IMG/VR virus record: IMGVR_UViG_3300017903_002946
Location: 16,570 to 80,569 of that record
Origin: a virus
Lineage: Duplodnaviria; Caudoviricetes
Length of the DNA stretch: 64,000 nucleotides
Strand: one strand, 5' to 3'
This document shows, piece after piece, positions 1 through 10,580 of this stretch. The translations under genes and the position numbers were made by a program. Within the stretch, counting starts at the first letter, position 1; each line of letters begins with the position of its first letter. Under the pieces are notes generated by a model. It was not told where the DNA came from. It did not search any database and saw only the letters and a list, made by a program, of their open reading frames with translations.

Positions 1-1802
1 GTGCTTGTGCTGTCGCCTGGCTTGTAACTTCCACTGTAACTTAACTCCTTACGTAAAAATTCTAATGATCGATATAAGAACCCTGTCATATCAAGGTTCG
101 GGTCAGATGCCAAAGGCATGTCTGGCATTTGTGGATGTGGTAATTGATAAAAACTACCAAGAAGACTAATAAAGCTGTTAATACTGCTTTGGGTTTGCTG
201 GACCATTCTGAACGGAAATCCGCTTAGCATTGCGGCTCTTTCTTCGTCAGTTTTTCCGGGGAAAAGATACTTAAGAGCTTCAATAGAATCAACTCCTAAT
301 TCTTGAAGGTTGCGGACGACAATACTGTTGTTCAGAATGTCTTCAGTGCTTTCTTCAAAGACTTCACCCATCCATCTCCAGCTAACTTTTGTTGAGCCGT
401 CTGGAATAAGTCCAGTGACACTAGGAGGTATCTCACCTGAATCTAGTTTAACACGCATCTCATCATCACGTTTTTCAACGAATTTGCGGTAGTCTTTTTT
501 ATATTTTTCAGCAGCTTTCTTGTATAGTTCTTCATTTTGATACTCTTCAGGAAGAGGAAGTATAGGCTCTTCTAATCCAATTGCTACAGCAAATGATTCT
601 CTGAAGTTACGCTCTTCAGCATAAATCATCATTGCAAATAGACGGCATAAACCATAAGTAAATAATGATCGCGCCTTCTTTTCTGCAGTTGCAGCAACAC
701 GTCCGTATAAGGTTTTAATCTCATATGCGGTTGCGGCAGTATTGATATCAATATCATCAACTCCACCAAGTGCTAAACGTATTTCAGATCGATACTGTTT
801 TACATATAAATTTTGATCTCCAGACACGCTATCAGGTGTCATATATCCAACACGATCTGTTGGTTCAAGGTTTGCAATTACACGAGGTACTTTGATCTGT
901 CCATCAAGCGATGCGCCACCAAAAGGCTGACTTACACGAGTACTAGACCGTGAAGACGCACCAATGGGTGCAAATCCAGCTTGAGAGCTAATAGTCGGTC
1001 GGAAAGAGCTCTCATCACCACTTTCAACGATGTCATGCTTGGGCCTGCTAGAAATAAGAGTTGGGTTGCCGAAGAACTTCATGTTCTTTCGGATATTTCT
1101 TACTAATTCATCGTGATATAGAATTTGATGTGCTAACCAATTAAACTCACCGTTACCAGTAGCTTCTCCGGTGCAGTCCATGTGATTAAATACTTCAACC
1201 GCAGGTATAAATCCAAGACTATTAGTTAATACCTCAGTTTGCCCAGGGCTGCCTATAGGCATTGCACCCATTTGATTTGAAAACTCAATTTTCTCATCAG
1301 AAATTGTCTGTTCAATTCGATCTTTATAAACTTTTAGTTGAATATATTTTTTCTTTCCAGATTTACCATTTGAAAACGGGTAATTATCAGCTAATCCGTT
1401 GCTTTGCTGAATATTAAAAGAATACGTCAGCACAACTGATTCAAGTTCACCAGTTTGATCACGATATGCTCTATAACTATCTTGAGGAAAGTACAAAATC
1501 TGATAACTTTCACCAGATGGTCTGAAATAAAACAGACCTTGACCATCACATAGAAAATAATCGACAATACTGTCGTATTTCATTTCTAGCATGTTTTCTT
1601 CAACAACACGCGCTAAAAAATCTCTACGTTTACCAAAAGAATCTTGCTCTGAGAAGAATTCAATACCTCTTCGCAGCATGAAAGTACGCATTTGGGCAAG
1701 ATGAGAAGACACAATCATTGTGTCTACTGACAAATCCCCTCTACGTTCTTTAGCAGCTAAGAGAATTTGTTGAAAATCACCTTTAACGGCAGTGTTTGCC
1801 AT
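1..1802 (-). CDS. Probable portal protein (partial, runs off left edge)
   Basis: Hand-translated open frame from ATG at 1802 (MANTAVKGDFQQILL...) to the window edge with no stop, about 600 aa. It lies just downstream of terL. The portal call is from position and size. Confidence 0.6.
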   Translation of the reverse strand, partial: MANTAVKGDFQQILLAAKERRGDLSVDTMIVSSHLAQMRTFMLRRGIEFFSEQDSFGKRRDFLARVVEENMLEMKYDSIVDYFLCDGQGLFYFRPSGESYQILYFPQDSYRAYRDQTGELESVVLTYSFNIQQSNGLADNYPFSNGKSGKKKYIQLKVYKDRIEQTISDEKIEFSNQMGAMPIGSPGQTEVLTNSLGFIPAVEVFNHMDCTGEATGNGEFNWLAHQILYHDELVRNIRKNMKFFGNPTLISSRPKHDIVESGDESSFRPTISSQAGFAPIGASSRSSTRVSQPFGGASLDGQIKVPRVIANLEPTDRVGYMTPDSVSGDQNLYVKQYRSEIRLALGGVDDIDINTAATAYEIKTLYGRVAATAEKKARSLFTYGLCRLFAMMIYAEERNFRESFAVAIGLEEPILPLPEEYQNEELYKKAAEKYKKDYRKFVEKRDDEMRVKLDSGEIPPSVTGLIPDGSTKVSWRWMGEVFEESTEDILNNSIVVRNLQELGVDSIEALKYLFPGKTDEERAAMLSGFPFRMVQQTQSSINSFISLLGSFYQLPHPQMPDMPLASDPNLDMTGFLYRSLEFLRKELSYSGSYKPGDSTS

Positions 1803-1828
1803 ATTATTACTATTTACTTATTTATAGT

Positions 1829-2776
1829 TTAAATCTTTTTGATTCGATCCATAGAATCTTCGAAAATTTCTTTAGTTTTGTCTTTTACCGGAGGTGGAAT
1901 TTCTGGTAATTCAAAATTACCCATAAATGGATTTATTCCAAATAGGTTTTGATTACGTTCCTTGGACCGATTACGTGATTCTGTAATAGAATTATTTAGG
2001 CTACTTTCTAATTGATACATTCTTTCAGGATCATTCGCACCAAAATCACTGATCTTGCGTCTGTCAAAGCTCTTTTGCATATCTCTTTGACCAAGCATAT
2101 TAGAATCAATATACATATCTATAAATCTAGCTGCAGCAGCAGGGCTATCATCAGTATCGTAGAAACCGCCCATGGTAGCTTTACTTACGGGAGAGTCATA
2201 TAAGCTGCTTTCTCCACTACCACCTTGATAGTTGAAAATGCGATTACTACCGCCATAATAACGACGATTATCAGATTGATCTCTATTATCAATACGTTGA
2301 CTAATTGAGTTGTCTTGATTAACTTGATTGTTATTTCCTTCAATATCAATAGGATTATTTTGAGAAATAGGTGAAACAATTCCGCTATCGCCACCTCTTA
2401 CATTTCCAGTTTGCTGACTATTAGTTGGAATCGGCTCTGGAGTTGGAGTTGCTACAGGTGTAGGTGTTGGTTCATCAGGATTATTTTTTGGACGATTATC
2501 TATCAAATCTCTTAAATTATCTAATGCTCCTTCAGCTTTACCTCCCATTTTAGTTTCATCTTTATTACGATCAGCATATTTAAGAACTTGTTTTGCTGCT
2601 CTATATTTATTTAATCCAAAATCTTTGGCAGCATCATGTGCATAACGAATATCTAAACCACTGAATCGATCAGCATCTTTACCGGATCCAGCCCCCCTAG
2701 CTGTTCTATCGTAGTTGTTTAAATATTCAACATAAGCGGCCAAATTGCCTTCTCCTGCTTTCCGTGATTTAGACAT
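1829..2776 (-). CDS. Hypothetical virion/internal protein with PT linker and Asn/Gln-rich segment
   Basis: 315 aa ORF between terL and portal; N-terminal RKAGE; shares two segments with 23581..24165. Confidence 0.7.
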   Translation of the reverse strand: MSKSRKAGEGNLAAYVEYLNNYDRTARGAGSGKDADRFSGLDIRYAHDAAKDFGLNKYRAAKQVLKYADRNKDETKMGGKAEGALDNLRDLIDNRPKNNPDEPTPTPVATPTPEPIPTNSQQTGNVRGGDSGIVSPISQNNPIDIEGNNNQVNQDNSISQRIDNRDQSDNRRYYGGSNRIFNYQGGSGESSLYDSPVSKATMGGFYDTDDSPAAAARFIDMYIDSNMLGQRDMQKSFDRRKISDFGANDPERMYQLESSLNNSITESRNRSKERNQNLFGINPFMGNFELPEIPPPVKDKTKEIFEDSMDRIKKI

Positions 2777-2783
2777 TTAATAT

Positions 2784-4322
2784 TTATAAATTAAAGCTTT
2801 CACTATTGTAATCGATTTGTAAGTTTCCTCTTCTTAATAATCCTCCTATTGTTAATACCATTGAATCCACAGCATCATCATGAGATGAATGTCCAAAATT
2901 TAATAGCTCATCTTCTAATACATTCCATTTTCTCCATTTATTCCAAACTACTTTTTTATTTTCATATAATCCAAGAACACCTCTTAACCTGGCTAATTTA
3001 TCGCCTTTAAATCCTTTTACGGGAGATACTGACAAATTATATAATGCTCGTTGTTCAATTATTATTCTTTTAAAATCTCCCTCAAATGAGTTCTGATAAG
3101 CAATTGCTTCAGGCCATATTAAACACGGCGAAAGTGTTGGAAAATATTGACCATCATCGTTCTCAGCAAGGATGTTCCAATCTGCAAGCATTTCGCAGAG
3201 GAGGTCCATCTTTTCGAGATTGCCCATGGTGCGGGCACGACGTTGATCAATCATGTATATTTTGCCTTCTTTAATTCCTCCTAATGTCATTACGGTCCAA
3301 TCATTTTTTTCTCTAAGGCCAGCACTTAAATCAATACCTACACCTAAGCAGTCATAATCTTCAGGTACTTGACCTTTGATAATTAATTCTGGTGAAATGC
3401 CAACATCTGTAGACCTTACTGCTGTATTTAAGTATTGATATGCAAAAGCAACTCGATCTTCTAACTTTCGTTCATTTAAATATTTCATAGACCAAAACTC
3501 TGGCCAATATGAACGTTGCTTGCCGTCTGCGTCTGTTATGACCGCTTTTTGTACGATTTGTTTCCAGTTATTTTTGGGTATAAATAGAGTTGCGTGTATA
3601 TCGTCAAAATGGAATCGGGTGCCCAAACAGATGGCCCGTGCACCTTGGAACATAGTAGGTGCAATGACATTGGACCATGTTTGTTCCATCTCCCTTCTAA
3701 TGTCCGGATTATTGATGGATGCAGCGGATTTAATAGGGTCATCGATAAGCACCAATTGCGATCTTTTTGATGTAATTGCTCCCTTTAGACCTCCACATGC
3801 AATGGTAAAAGCTTCTTCACCAGCTGTATCAATACCCGCAAATTCATAATCGATACTCCAATACTCATCACTTCGTTTAATTTTAGATAGCCTTACCATT
3901 GGGAAAACTTCACGGTATTTAGGGCTGGTTAAGATACCTTTGATCGTTGCTGATTTTGCTCTACTAATATCGACCATATATGCGATATATAGGATACGAA
4001 GCATCTTTTTTGCATTAGTATGTCGGCCAATCATCCATGCTGCAAATAAACCAAGCACTGTACTTTTAGCAGAACCACGAGGTGCAAGAATTGCAGTGTT
4101 TGCTCCACCAATTCCTAATAAACACTCACTATCTAAACCTGTGCATAATTCTGCATGCCATTCCAGCATATGTTTTGCTGGAGGTTTTCCCATAAATTTG
4201 CAAAAGGCTTGAAAACTTTCTCTTGCTTCGAGCACCTCTGTACTGGGCGCTTTAACAGTTACCTTAGTCGCTGTCATTAATGCTGATCGTTTATAAGCTA
4301 ATGCAGGACTAGGTATTGCCAT
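2784..4322 (-). CDS. terL: Terminase large subunit
   Basis: Walker A APRGSAKST, Walker B LVLIDDP, nuclease motifs GIDLS and HDDAVDS; 512 aa. Confidence 0.95.
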   Translation of the reverse strand: MAIPSPALAYKRSALMTATKVTVKAPSTEVLEARESFQAFCKFMGKPPAKHMLEWHAELCTGLDSECLLGIGGANTAILAPRGSAKSTVLGLFAAWMIGRHTNAKKMLRILYIAYMVDISRAKSATIKGILTSPKYREVFPMVRLSKIKRSDEYWSIDYEFAGIDTAGEEAFTIACGGLKGAITSKRSQLVLIDDPIKSAASINNPDIRREMEQTWSNVIAPTMFQGARAICLGTRFHFDDIHATLFIPKNNWKQIVQKAVITDADGKQRSYWPEFWSMKYLNERKLEDRVAFAYQYLNTAVRSTDVGISPELIIKGQVPEDYDCLGVGIDLSAGLREKNDWTVMTLGGIKEGKIYMIDQRRARTMGNLEKMDLLCEMLADWNILAENDDGQYFPTLSPCLIWPEAIAYQNSFEGDFKRIIIEQRALYNLSVSPVKGFKGDKLARLRGVLGLYENKKVVWNKWRKWNVLEDELLNFGHSSHDDAVDSMVLTIGGLLRRGNLQIDYNSESFNL

Positions 4323-4355
4323 AAGTTAGACTTTTACCCCAAGTCTAACTAATAA

Positions 4356-4637
4356 TTACCTACGTTTAAGACCAAAGTTTTTAGCTTTCTGTTCGTTTTG
4401 CCGATTCTTTATTCTACGGATAGCTTTACTACGTGCAGCCAGTGCTTTTGATTCTGCAAATGCAATACCCATATCTCTTTTGAACTCTGCATCAGCTATT
4501 TGACGTGCTGAAGTTTTAGAACCAGCCTCATCTAATGCAGGAAGTGCTTTAGGCAAAGTATTTGCTAAACGTATTCCCGATATACCAGTATCTACTATTG
4601 CGGGAAGTTCTTTTAATTTAATATTACTAGCAGTCAT
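4356..4637 (-). CDS. Hypothetical protein
   Basis: 93 aa ORF coupled to the upstream gene by stop/start overlap. Confidence 0.6.
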   Translation of the reverse strand: MTASNIKLKELPAIVDTGISGIRLANTLPKALPALDEAGSKTSARQIADAEFKRDMGIAFAESKALAARSKAIRRIKNRQNEQKAKNFGLKRR

Positions 4638-5170
4638 TAATTTAGCTCACTATATATTTTTGCCCATACTGCATTCATTGCATTATCGATAGGTTCAGCA
4701 AAGTGTGGATCATCTTTGAAAATAGCAGTCATTTCACGCATCACACGATCAGCGCCAGCCAAAATTAATCCACGTTTATCTGTTGTTTTATTCATTCGAT
4801 CAGACGTTTCAATGTGCGAGCGTAATTCTTTTTCCAACGATGCCAGACGAGCCGCACCATCCGAGCCTTTGATTTCACCCGAGGTAATCGCCATTCGTAA
4901 GTCTTGTATATCGGAGTGCAAAGCAGCAATTTCGCTATTAAGTATCTCACGACGATTAAGCTTTTTAAACTTCATTTTGACCCAACGGGCCATATCATTA
5001 AATGTACCTGGATATTTCAATATTCCTGCATATACCCAAATTTCAATAACCGATGGAGTTACCTCAGCAAATTCTCTGAAGCTTTCTGACTCAGCAGCTG
5101 GTAAATTATCAAGCCATTGATCAACGTAAGTAACGTATACTTTGCCTGTTTTAGATTGAGCAACTGTCAT
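4637..5170 (-). CDS. Helical protein, possible terminase small subunit
   Basis: 177 aa, coiled-coil middle, two genes upstream of terL. Function inferred from position only. Confidence 0.45.
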   Translation of the reverse strand: MTVAQSKTGKVYVTYVDQWLDNLPAAESESFREFAEVTPSVIEIWVYAGILKYPGTFNDMARWVKMKFKKLNRREILNSEIAALHSDIQDLRMAITSGEIKGSDGAARLASLEKELRSHIETSDRMNKTTDKRGLILAGADRVMREMTAIFKDDPHFAEPIDNAMNAVWAKIYSELN

Positions 5171-5970
5171 TAAAATCCTCTTGCAAGACTATTAGAACGA
5201 TCTTGTGCTCTTTGCTCTTTACGCGAATCAATTCGATCTTGGAAGTCATAAGTTTTGCGATCTTGATCACCACGTGCAGCCACTCCTAGTCGATCTTGTT
5301 CGCCTTGAGTAATAGTGCCCAGACGGCTCTCAACACCTTGTGCTCTGTAGTTCTTACGAGTCTGCTCACCAGCTGCCTGCATAGTACCTACGTTTCTACC
5401 AAACTCACGATTTTGAAATTCATTTTGTAGTTCGAACTGCTTGTCCATGGCCCTCATGCCATATCCAAACTCATCAGCACGAGCATCACGTTGATTTCTC
5501 AATTCTAAGTCGGCACCAAATTTTGCAGTGTCTTTAAACAACCCACCCTGAAATTCAGCCATATCTTTTGTCAACTCATTATCAAAGCCTTTACCAATAA
5601 AATCACCTATTAGACCATATTTAATATCACGTCCTAAGTTATCATCTTTATCTTGAGATGTACCCATAAATTTATCCATTATCTGTTGAAATATATTTAA
5701 TCCCTGCCCTGTTTTATTAATAGATTGCTCTGGCGTAGGCGTTTCTTTTTGATTGCCAGATTCATTAGAAGTGGGTGCATTTTCTCTAGATTCGTCACCT
5801 TCATCTCTATCGTCAATGCCATTTTTATTGATATCCCGAAAATCCGCCGTTCTGGCCATCCCGTCCTCTGGTCTTGAAAAATAACGGTAATCGGGGGAGT
5901 TAGGATTGTAGACGTCTTTGCCCATCATTCCACCACCTCTCATCATCCTTCCACCAAAGTATGAATTCAT
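5170..5970 (-). CDS. Putative DNA pilot/ejection protein
   Basis: 266 aa; Gln/Arg-rich helical C-terminus; Ca-loop-like DINKNGIDDRD. Confidence 0.5.
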   Translation of the reverse strand: MNSYFGGRMMRGGGMMGKDVYNPNSPDYRYFSRPEDGMARTADFRDINKNGIDDRDEGDESRENAPTSNESGNQKETPTPEQSINKTGQGLNIFQQIMDKFMGTSQDKDDNLGRDIKYGLIGDFIGKGFDNELTKDMAEFQGGLFKDTAKFGADLELRNQRDARADEFGYGMRAMDKQFELQNEFQNREFGRNVGTMQAAGEQTRKNYRAQGVESRLGTITQGEQDRLGVAARGDQDRKTYDFQDRIDSRKEQRAQDRSNSLARGF

Positions 5971-6038
5971 GAGCCTTTTATTTCACTAATATAAATATTG
6001 TATCTAACTACAATAGATATATTAGGCGTAAATGTGTC

Positions 6039-7085
6039 ATGCAATTTAATTCAGTAAAAAGCGGTAATTTTTTGGCTAATGCTAAATCAGTTAATGATAA
6101 CGCTACTGAAATTTATGACACTGCTCGTCGGACAGGTTTTCAAGTTGATCGAGTTATTAAACAATCTAATGCAAGTAATGCTGTTAAAAAAGTAGCCGCC
6201 GCTCGCCGTAATAAAGCTATTGTTAATCAAGCTTCTGAAATTATTGGAGATGCTAAGACTGAAGATATAAAAACTAAAAGTAAAAAAGCTGTTAAAGATA
6301 TTCTACGGCCTGCTGTCCGTATGGAAGGTATTAATCGTATGGCAGGCAGTATTGCTGCAGGTGCTTACATTATGGATGAGAGTAAAAAGCTGCAGAAGGA
6401 GCAGGCTGAATTGAAGAGGCAGCGGCAGCTGATAAATCAGTCGCTGATTGACTTAAATAAACAAAAGGCAGAACAAGCTAAAACAAATGCTGAGTTCAAT
6501 AAAAAACTGCTTGAGCAATATGAAAGGGAGGGTGGTATGTTGCCTGATGATGAGACCACAGATTCTTCTTCAAATCAGACTTCTTCTCAAAAAGTTAGTG
6601 CAACTGGTCAGCCTGAAATTACCGCTTTAAATAACTCTTCTTACACTGGCTCATTAAATTCTTTAAGTCCTGAAGATAAGAAGTGGATTGCATTTGGAGT
6701 ATCTGGTGAATCTAAACCTAATACCGATGATGATTTCGGTGTTGCTAGCGTTATCCTTACAAGAATGAAAAACCGTAATCAGTCTGCTTATGATGTAGTT
6801 CATGCGCCTGGTCAATTTGCTGCAGTAGTAGGTACTCCAGGAAAACATGGTCCTACAGCTAAGCATGTTCCTGGATTAGTAGATAGATTATTTAGTCCTG
6901 AAGGTATGGCCAAAATTGAAGAGGCCACTAAAAAATTAGATGGTCGTGCTTACTTTAAAGGGCAGGAACTGCTGCGTAATCGCTCTAGTAGGGGTAACAA
7001 AGACTACAACAAAGACGGAAAACCAGATATGGATCCAATGTTCCATCCCTTAGGTAACTTCTATCACTATGGGCATCAAAGTTAA
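6039..7085 (+). CDS. Coiled-coil protein with C-terminal SleB-like (Hydrolase_2) cell wall hydrolase domain
   Basis: IAFGVSGES...GVASVILTRMKN...YDVVHAPGQF matches the SleB pattern (catalytic Glu; V..VilNR; Vv.qp.QF). Confidence 0.7.
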   Translation: MQFNSVKSGNFLANAKSVNDNATEIYDTARRTGFQVDRVIKQSNASNAVKKVAAARRNKAIVNQASEIIGDAKTEDIKTKSKKAVKDILRPAVRMEGINRMAGSIAAGAYIMDESKKLQKEQAELKRQRQLINQSLIDLNKQKAEQAKTNAEFNKKLLEQYEREGGMLPDDETTDSSSNQTSSQKVSATGQPEITALNNSSYTGSLNSLSPEDKKWIAFGVSGESKPNTDDDFGVASVILTRMKNRNQSAYDVVHAPGQFAAVVGTPGKHGPTAKHVPGLVDRLFSPEGMAKIEEATKKLDGRAYFKGQELLRNRSSRGNKDYNKDGKPDMDPMFHPLGNFYHYGHQS

Positions 7086-7903
7086 TACGCAAATGCGTTA
7101 CCCATGGATCGCATGCCTTCAACGATTTGCATAATTGCTTTCTGGCGATCAAGGCGGAAGTTACGAGCCTCTTGCATGTCAAGTCTGCGGTTCTCTAGTC
7201 CAAGCTGCATCTGTTGGATTTGGAATTCCTGAGCACGGTTTGCTTCAGTTTGTGCATCACGCCGCATTTGTTCACGCAGTGTGTCAGCTCTTAATCGCGA
7301 TTCTTTTGCATCCTGTCTTGCCCAGATTTTTTCTCGATCTTTAAGTGCAAGCCTTCGATCTTCTGCTTCATCCTCTCTCTGTACTCTTCTTTTATCCTGA
7401 CTAATCTCATAGTCAATTTGCGCAGGGGACATCGTAACAAGAGTACTGACATCCATACCCCTTGCTTTTGCAAGCTTTAGCTTCTCAACTCTTGCAAGTT
7501 CAGCATCTCTTCTATATCCAGCCGCTTTGCTGCTTTCACCCTGAGTTTTGTTTGGGCCGTCTTTATACTCAAATACCGATTTTTCGGGGGGCTTTAAGCC
7601 TAATGTTATATAATCTTGCCTTACTTTGCCATAGTCAGCAAGTAAGTCTTTATTGATTGCATCAATTGCGTTTTGCCTGGCCTGCGCTCTTACCTTACTT
7701 ACAGGGACACCTGTAGCCCAAGAACGTGCATGATCGCCAAAATCATCTACGTATGCATCAGGGTTGTCTAAGTCAAATTCCTCACTCCTCGCAATCGCTT
7801 CAGGTGTGTAACCGATTGACTGCTTTAAACCAGGAATTAAATCAATACCAGCTTTGGTTAACAGCCCGCCACCAGTAAGAATTGCACCTCCAGTTAATAA
7901 CAT
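7082..7903 (-). CDS. Putative internal virion/ejection protein
   Basis: 273 aa; Gly-rich N-terminus, charged helical C-terminus. Confidence 0.6.
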   Translation of the reverse strand: MLLTGGAILTGGGLLTKAGIDLIPGLKQSIGYTPEAIARSEEFDLDNPDAYVDDFGDHARSWATGVPVSKVRAQARQNAIDAINKDLLADYGKVRQDYITLGLKPPEKSVFEYKDGPNKTQGESSKAAGYRRDAELARVEKLKLAKARGMDVSTLVTMSPAQIDYEISQDKRRVQREDEAEDRRLALKDREKIWARQDAKESRLRADTLREQMRRDAQTEANRAQEFQIQQMQLGLENRRLDMQEARNFRLDRQKAIMQIVEGMRSMGNAFAY

Positions 7904-8430
7904 CAGATTAACCCTCGCTGTTGTAATAATTTGACTGCTTCTTCTAGTTTACGTTGTTCGGCAGACTTACCTCCGCCAAAAACAAACTGTGTGGCATCAC
8001 TTGCCATCTTTCCTAAGCCTGCACCAGTTGCAATGGCCAATGGATTACCCAGACCCACAATTCCGCCAATAGTTCCACCGATACCCATTGCGCTTGCATC
8101 CATAGCTTTGTTAGCAAGGCTGTCAGGACCGGCAACAACATCAGCTGCATCAAGAGCAACTAATGCTGTACTTAATCCAGGTACGGCACGAAGAATGTTT
8201 CTAGCTGCTTTTCCTCCAGCAAAGCGTGCTAAAGGTCTTACTTTAACTATCCCAGATTTTGCTCCCTTTGCTGCAGACTTACCATCAAAAATAAGATGAT
8301 CTCTTATTTTTTCCTGAGCACTATCAGCAAAGTTTTCACCGCTCAGAAAACGTAGAACGTCATTAACGTTCGTAGCGCCAATCTTTTTGGCTAACTCTTC
8401 TAAGCTCATTTGAGTGTGTCCAGTAACCAT
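7903..8430 (-). CDS. Gly-zipper putative ejection protein
   Basis: GIGGTIGGIVGLG...GAGLG; 175 aa. Confidence 0.6.
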   Translation of the reverse strand: MVTGHTQMSLEELAKKIGATNVNDVLRFLSGENFADSAQEKIRDHLIFDGKSAAKGAKSGIVKVRPLARFAGGKAARNILRAVPGLSTALVALDAADVVAGPDSLANKAMDASAMGIGGTIGGIVGLGNPLAIATGAGLGKMASDATQFVFGGGKSAEQRKLEEAVKLLQQRGLI

Positions 8431-8435
8431 GATGT

Positions 8436-8870
8436 TTAACCAAATAGTCCTCCAAGACTTTGACCAAGACGACCACCAATCATGCCACCTATTGGTCCGC
8501 CAATTGCGGCTCCTCCAATTGTACCAACAGCGCCTAATGCTGAGCTAAACATTGATTTACTTGCGTCTTTTCTGGCTGCTGCTTTTATGGCATCAGCTTG
8601 TTTTTTTGCATCTTGTGCATCTGCAAAACCAGCCAGTCCTCCTATCCGTGCACCAAGTTCTGCATCCTTAATTGCATTAAAAATATTTGCCTGTGAGGCA
8701 GTATTTTGAGCAACAATTCCTGCAAAATCAGGTGCTGCAGCGCGATTAGCTTTAAAAATTCTTGCAACATTAACCGCATTTCCTGCGGTTCCGTAATTAC
8801 TGGTAGGTCCTCCAGTAATAGTTGGGGGTGTTAAATTTAAGCTAGATCCAGAAAGCGAGAAACTTGCCAT
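8436..8870 (-). CDS. Gly-zipper putative ejection protein
   Basis: C-terminal GAVGTIGGAAIGGPIGGMIGGRLG; 144 aa. Confidence 0.6.
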   Translation of the reverse strand: MASFSLSGSSLNLTPPTITGGPTSNYGTAGNAVNVARIFKANRAAAPDFAGIVAQNTASQANIFNAIKDAELGARIGGLAGFADAQDAKKQADAIKAAARKDASKSMFSSALGAVGTIGGAAIGGPIGGMIGGRLGQSLGGLFG

Positions 8871-8898
8871 AACAGCGTATCAGCCTTTGTATAGTGTA

Positions 8899-9327
8899 TC
8901 AATTAAATAATTGTGGCAGCATGAAATTATTTCCAGGCCCTGCTCCAGTTTCTATTCCTAAATCATTTATTTCTCCTTGACTTAAATCAACTCCATACGT
9001 TTTACCTCCAATTTCTGCTGTTGGGCCGCCACCAAATCCACCCAGTGCGGCACTACGTCCAATACCCCCTACCAAATCCATAACAGTACCAAACATACCA
9101 GCATTTTGTGTTTGTTGTTGTGCATAAGCACCCGCATCACGTAGAAGATCTTTGCGTTTAGATTCTCCAAACAAATCAAGCCCTTTTCCTGCCAGACGTC
9201 CAGCTCTTTTTGCAGCACTTCCTTTCATATATGCATTAGCTCTATTACGTGCATTTACAGCCATTCCTGTATCGAAAGAATCGCCCATAAAGCTTGTTAC
9301 ATCAATGCCTGAATTTAAAAAGCTCAT
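8899..9327 (-). CDS. Gly-rich putative internal virion protein
   Basis: 142 aa ORF in the tandem late cluster. Confidence 0.6.
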   Translation of the reverse strand: MSFLNSGIDVTSFMGDSFDTGMAVNARNRANAYMKGSAAKRAGRLAGKGLDLFGESKRKDLLRDAGAYAQQQTQNAGMFGTVMDLVGGIGRSAALGGFGGGPTAEIGGKTYGVDLSQGEINDLGIETGAGPGNNFMLPQLFN

Positions 9328-9331
9328 TGTT

Positions 9332-10570
9332 TTAACTCAAATACTGCTCTGCATTACCGCCTTCTAATTGATTGGCAATAGAGTTACGGCGGCGTCTTTC
9401 TGATTCAATTATATTACCTGTTACATTACCTACGGTTAATCCGGCAAGTCCTCCTGTTAACCCGCCAATTGCAGCACGTCCTGATCGTGAACCATACTTA
9501 GCTCCCGCAACTCCACCAGCTAAAGCTCCTAGGTAAGGAACTACGCCTGTTGTAATCGGTAGACCTCTACCAAGAAACTGAACTTCTGGTCCATGAATGC
9601 CTTCATCTGTAAATTTTAAAGCACCTGCGCCAATTGTTATATCACCATCTAAAGGATTGTAGTCCTCACGTTTGTCATATTTAAAAGCTTGATATCGATT
9701 GTATTCTTCACGGCTAACATCAGGTCTTACTTTTTTAAACTCATCGTAGGGAAGCAATTGCCCTGTTCTACCCATTAAATATTTAAGACCTATTTCACCA
9801 ATAACGTTTTTAGTTTTACTTGGATCATCTTCATCAGGTATTGCGGCTTTATATCCTTCAGCTCCACCAAACGGGCTCATAAGTCCCAAACCAGTATTGA
9901 TTGCAATACCAGTGGGAATAGCTAACGACTGAACCATGCCAGGGCTGTAGTTCCGTTTCTGCAGATCACCACTTTCGTCAAAACTATAACCACGTGCTGC
10001 TGTCAGACGATCGTCAATCTGCTTTGCATATCCTCTGCGGAGCATCTCACCAATGGCTTGCTCATCCGCTCTGTTCAAATAACGTGGCTGTTTCCCTTCA
10101 CCAGACTTCTTGGTGAACGGAGTATCGGTGCTCTGTACACGAGACTTCTCATACAGCTCTGGAACGATCCTGGATAGGGTCTGTTCGTTAATTACTTCAC
10201 CTGTTGCCTGCAGTGCATTCAGAAGCCAGTAGATGCCTCTGGTGGTGTCCTGCGTCAAGTCATTGGCAATGCTTCCGCCAAACTGTCCGATCTTATGTGC
10301 AGTGCTGCCTCTCAAGCTCATGTCGAGCTCTTGTAAGGCTTGTGTCTTTTCAGGGCTTAACTTCCCAAGTGCTTCCTGTATACGGAATGCAGCAGGGTGT
10401 GTTCCCATCAATGCATCAAACTTTGTGGACTCTTCTGTCTGTCCTTTTAGCTTTCGATCACGCAGGAATGCATTACGTCTGTCCTCGCGTCCAAGCTGAT
10501 AGTCTGCGGAAAACCCAGCACCTAAGTCGTTCAAGATGTTTTTGATTTGTTCTCGCCTACTCTCAGCCAT
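9332..10570 (-). CDS. Putative internal virion protein with C-terminal Gly zipper
   Basis: 412 aa; GALAGGVAG...AAIGGLTGGLAG. Confidence 0.65.
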   Translation of the reverse strand: MAESRREQIKNILNDLGAGFSADYQLGREDRRNAFLRDRKLKGQTEESTKFDALMGTHPAAFRIQEALGKLSPEKTQALQELDMSLRGSTAHKIGQFGGSIANDLTQDTTRGIYWLLNALQATGEVINEQTLSRIVPELYEKSRVQSTDTPFTKKSGEGKQPRYLNRADEQAIGEMLRRGYAKQIDDRLTAARGYSFDESGDLQKRNYSPGMVQSLAIPTGIAINTGLGLMSPFGGAEGYKAAIPDEDDPSKTKNVIGEIGLKYLMGRTGQLLPYDEFKKVRPDVSREEYNRYQAFKYDKREDYNPLDGDITIGAGALKFTDEGIHGPEVQFLGRGLPITTGVVPYLGALAGGVAGAKYGSRSGRAAIGGLTGGLAGLTVGNVTGNIIESERRRRNSIANQLEGGNAEQYLS

Positions 10571-10580
10571 TAGTTTTGCC

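Noticed and set aside
310-492. Plus-strand short ORF in the ORF track
   Set aside because: Antisense to the long portal-like frame, which the track missed because it has no stop codon in the window.
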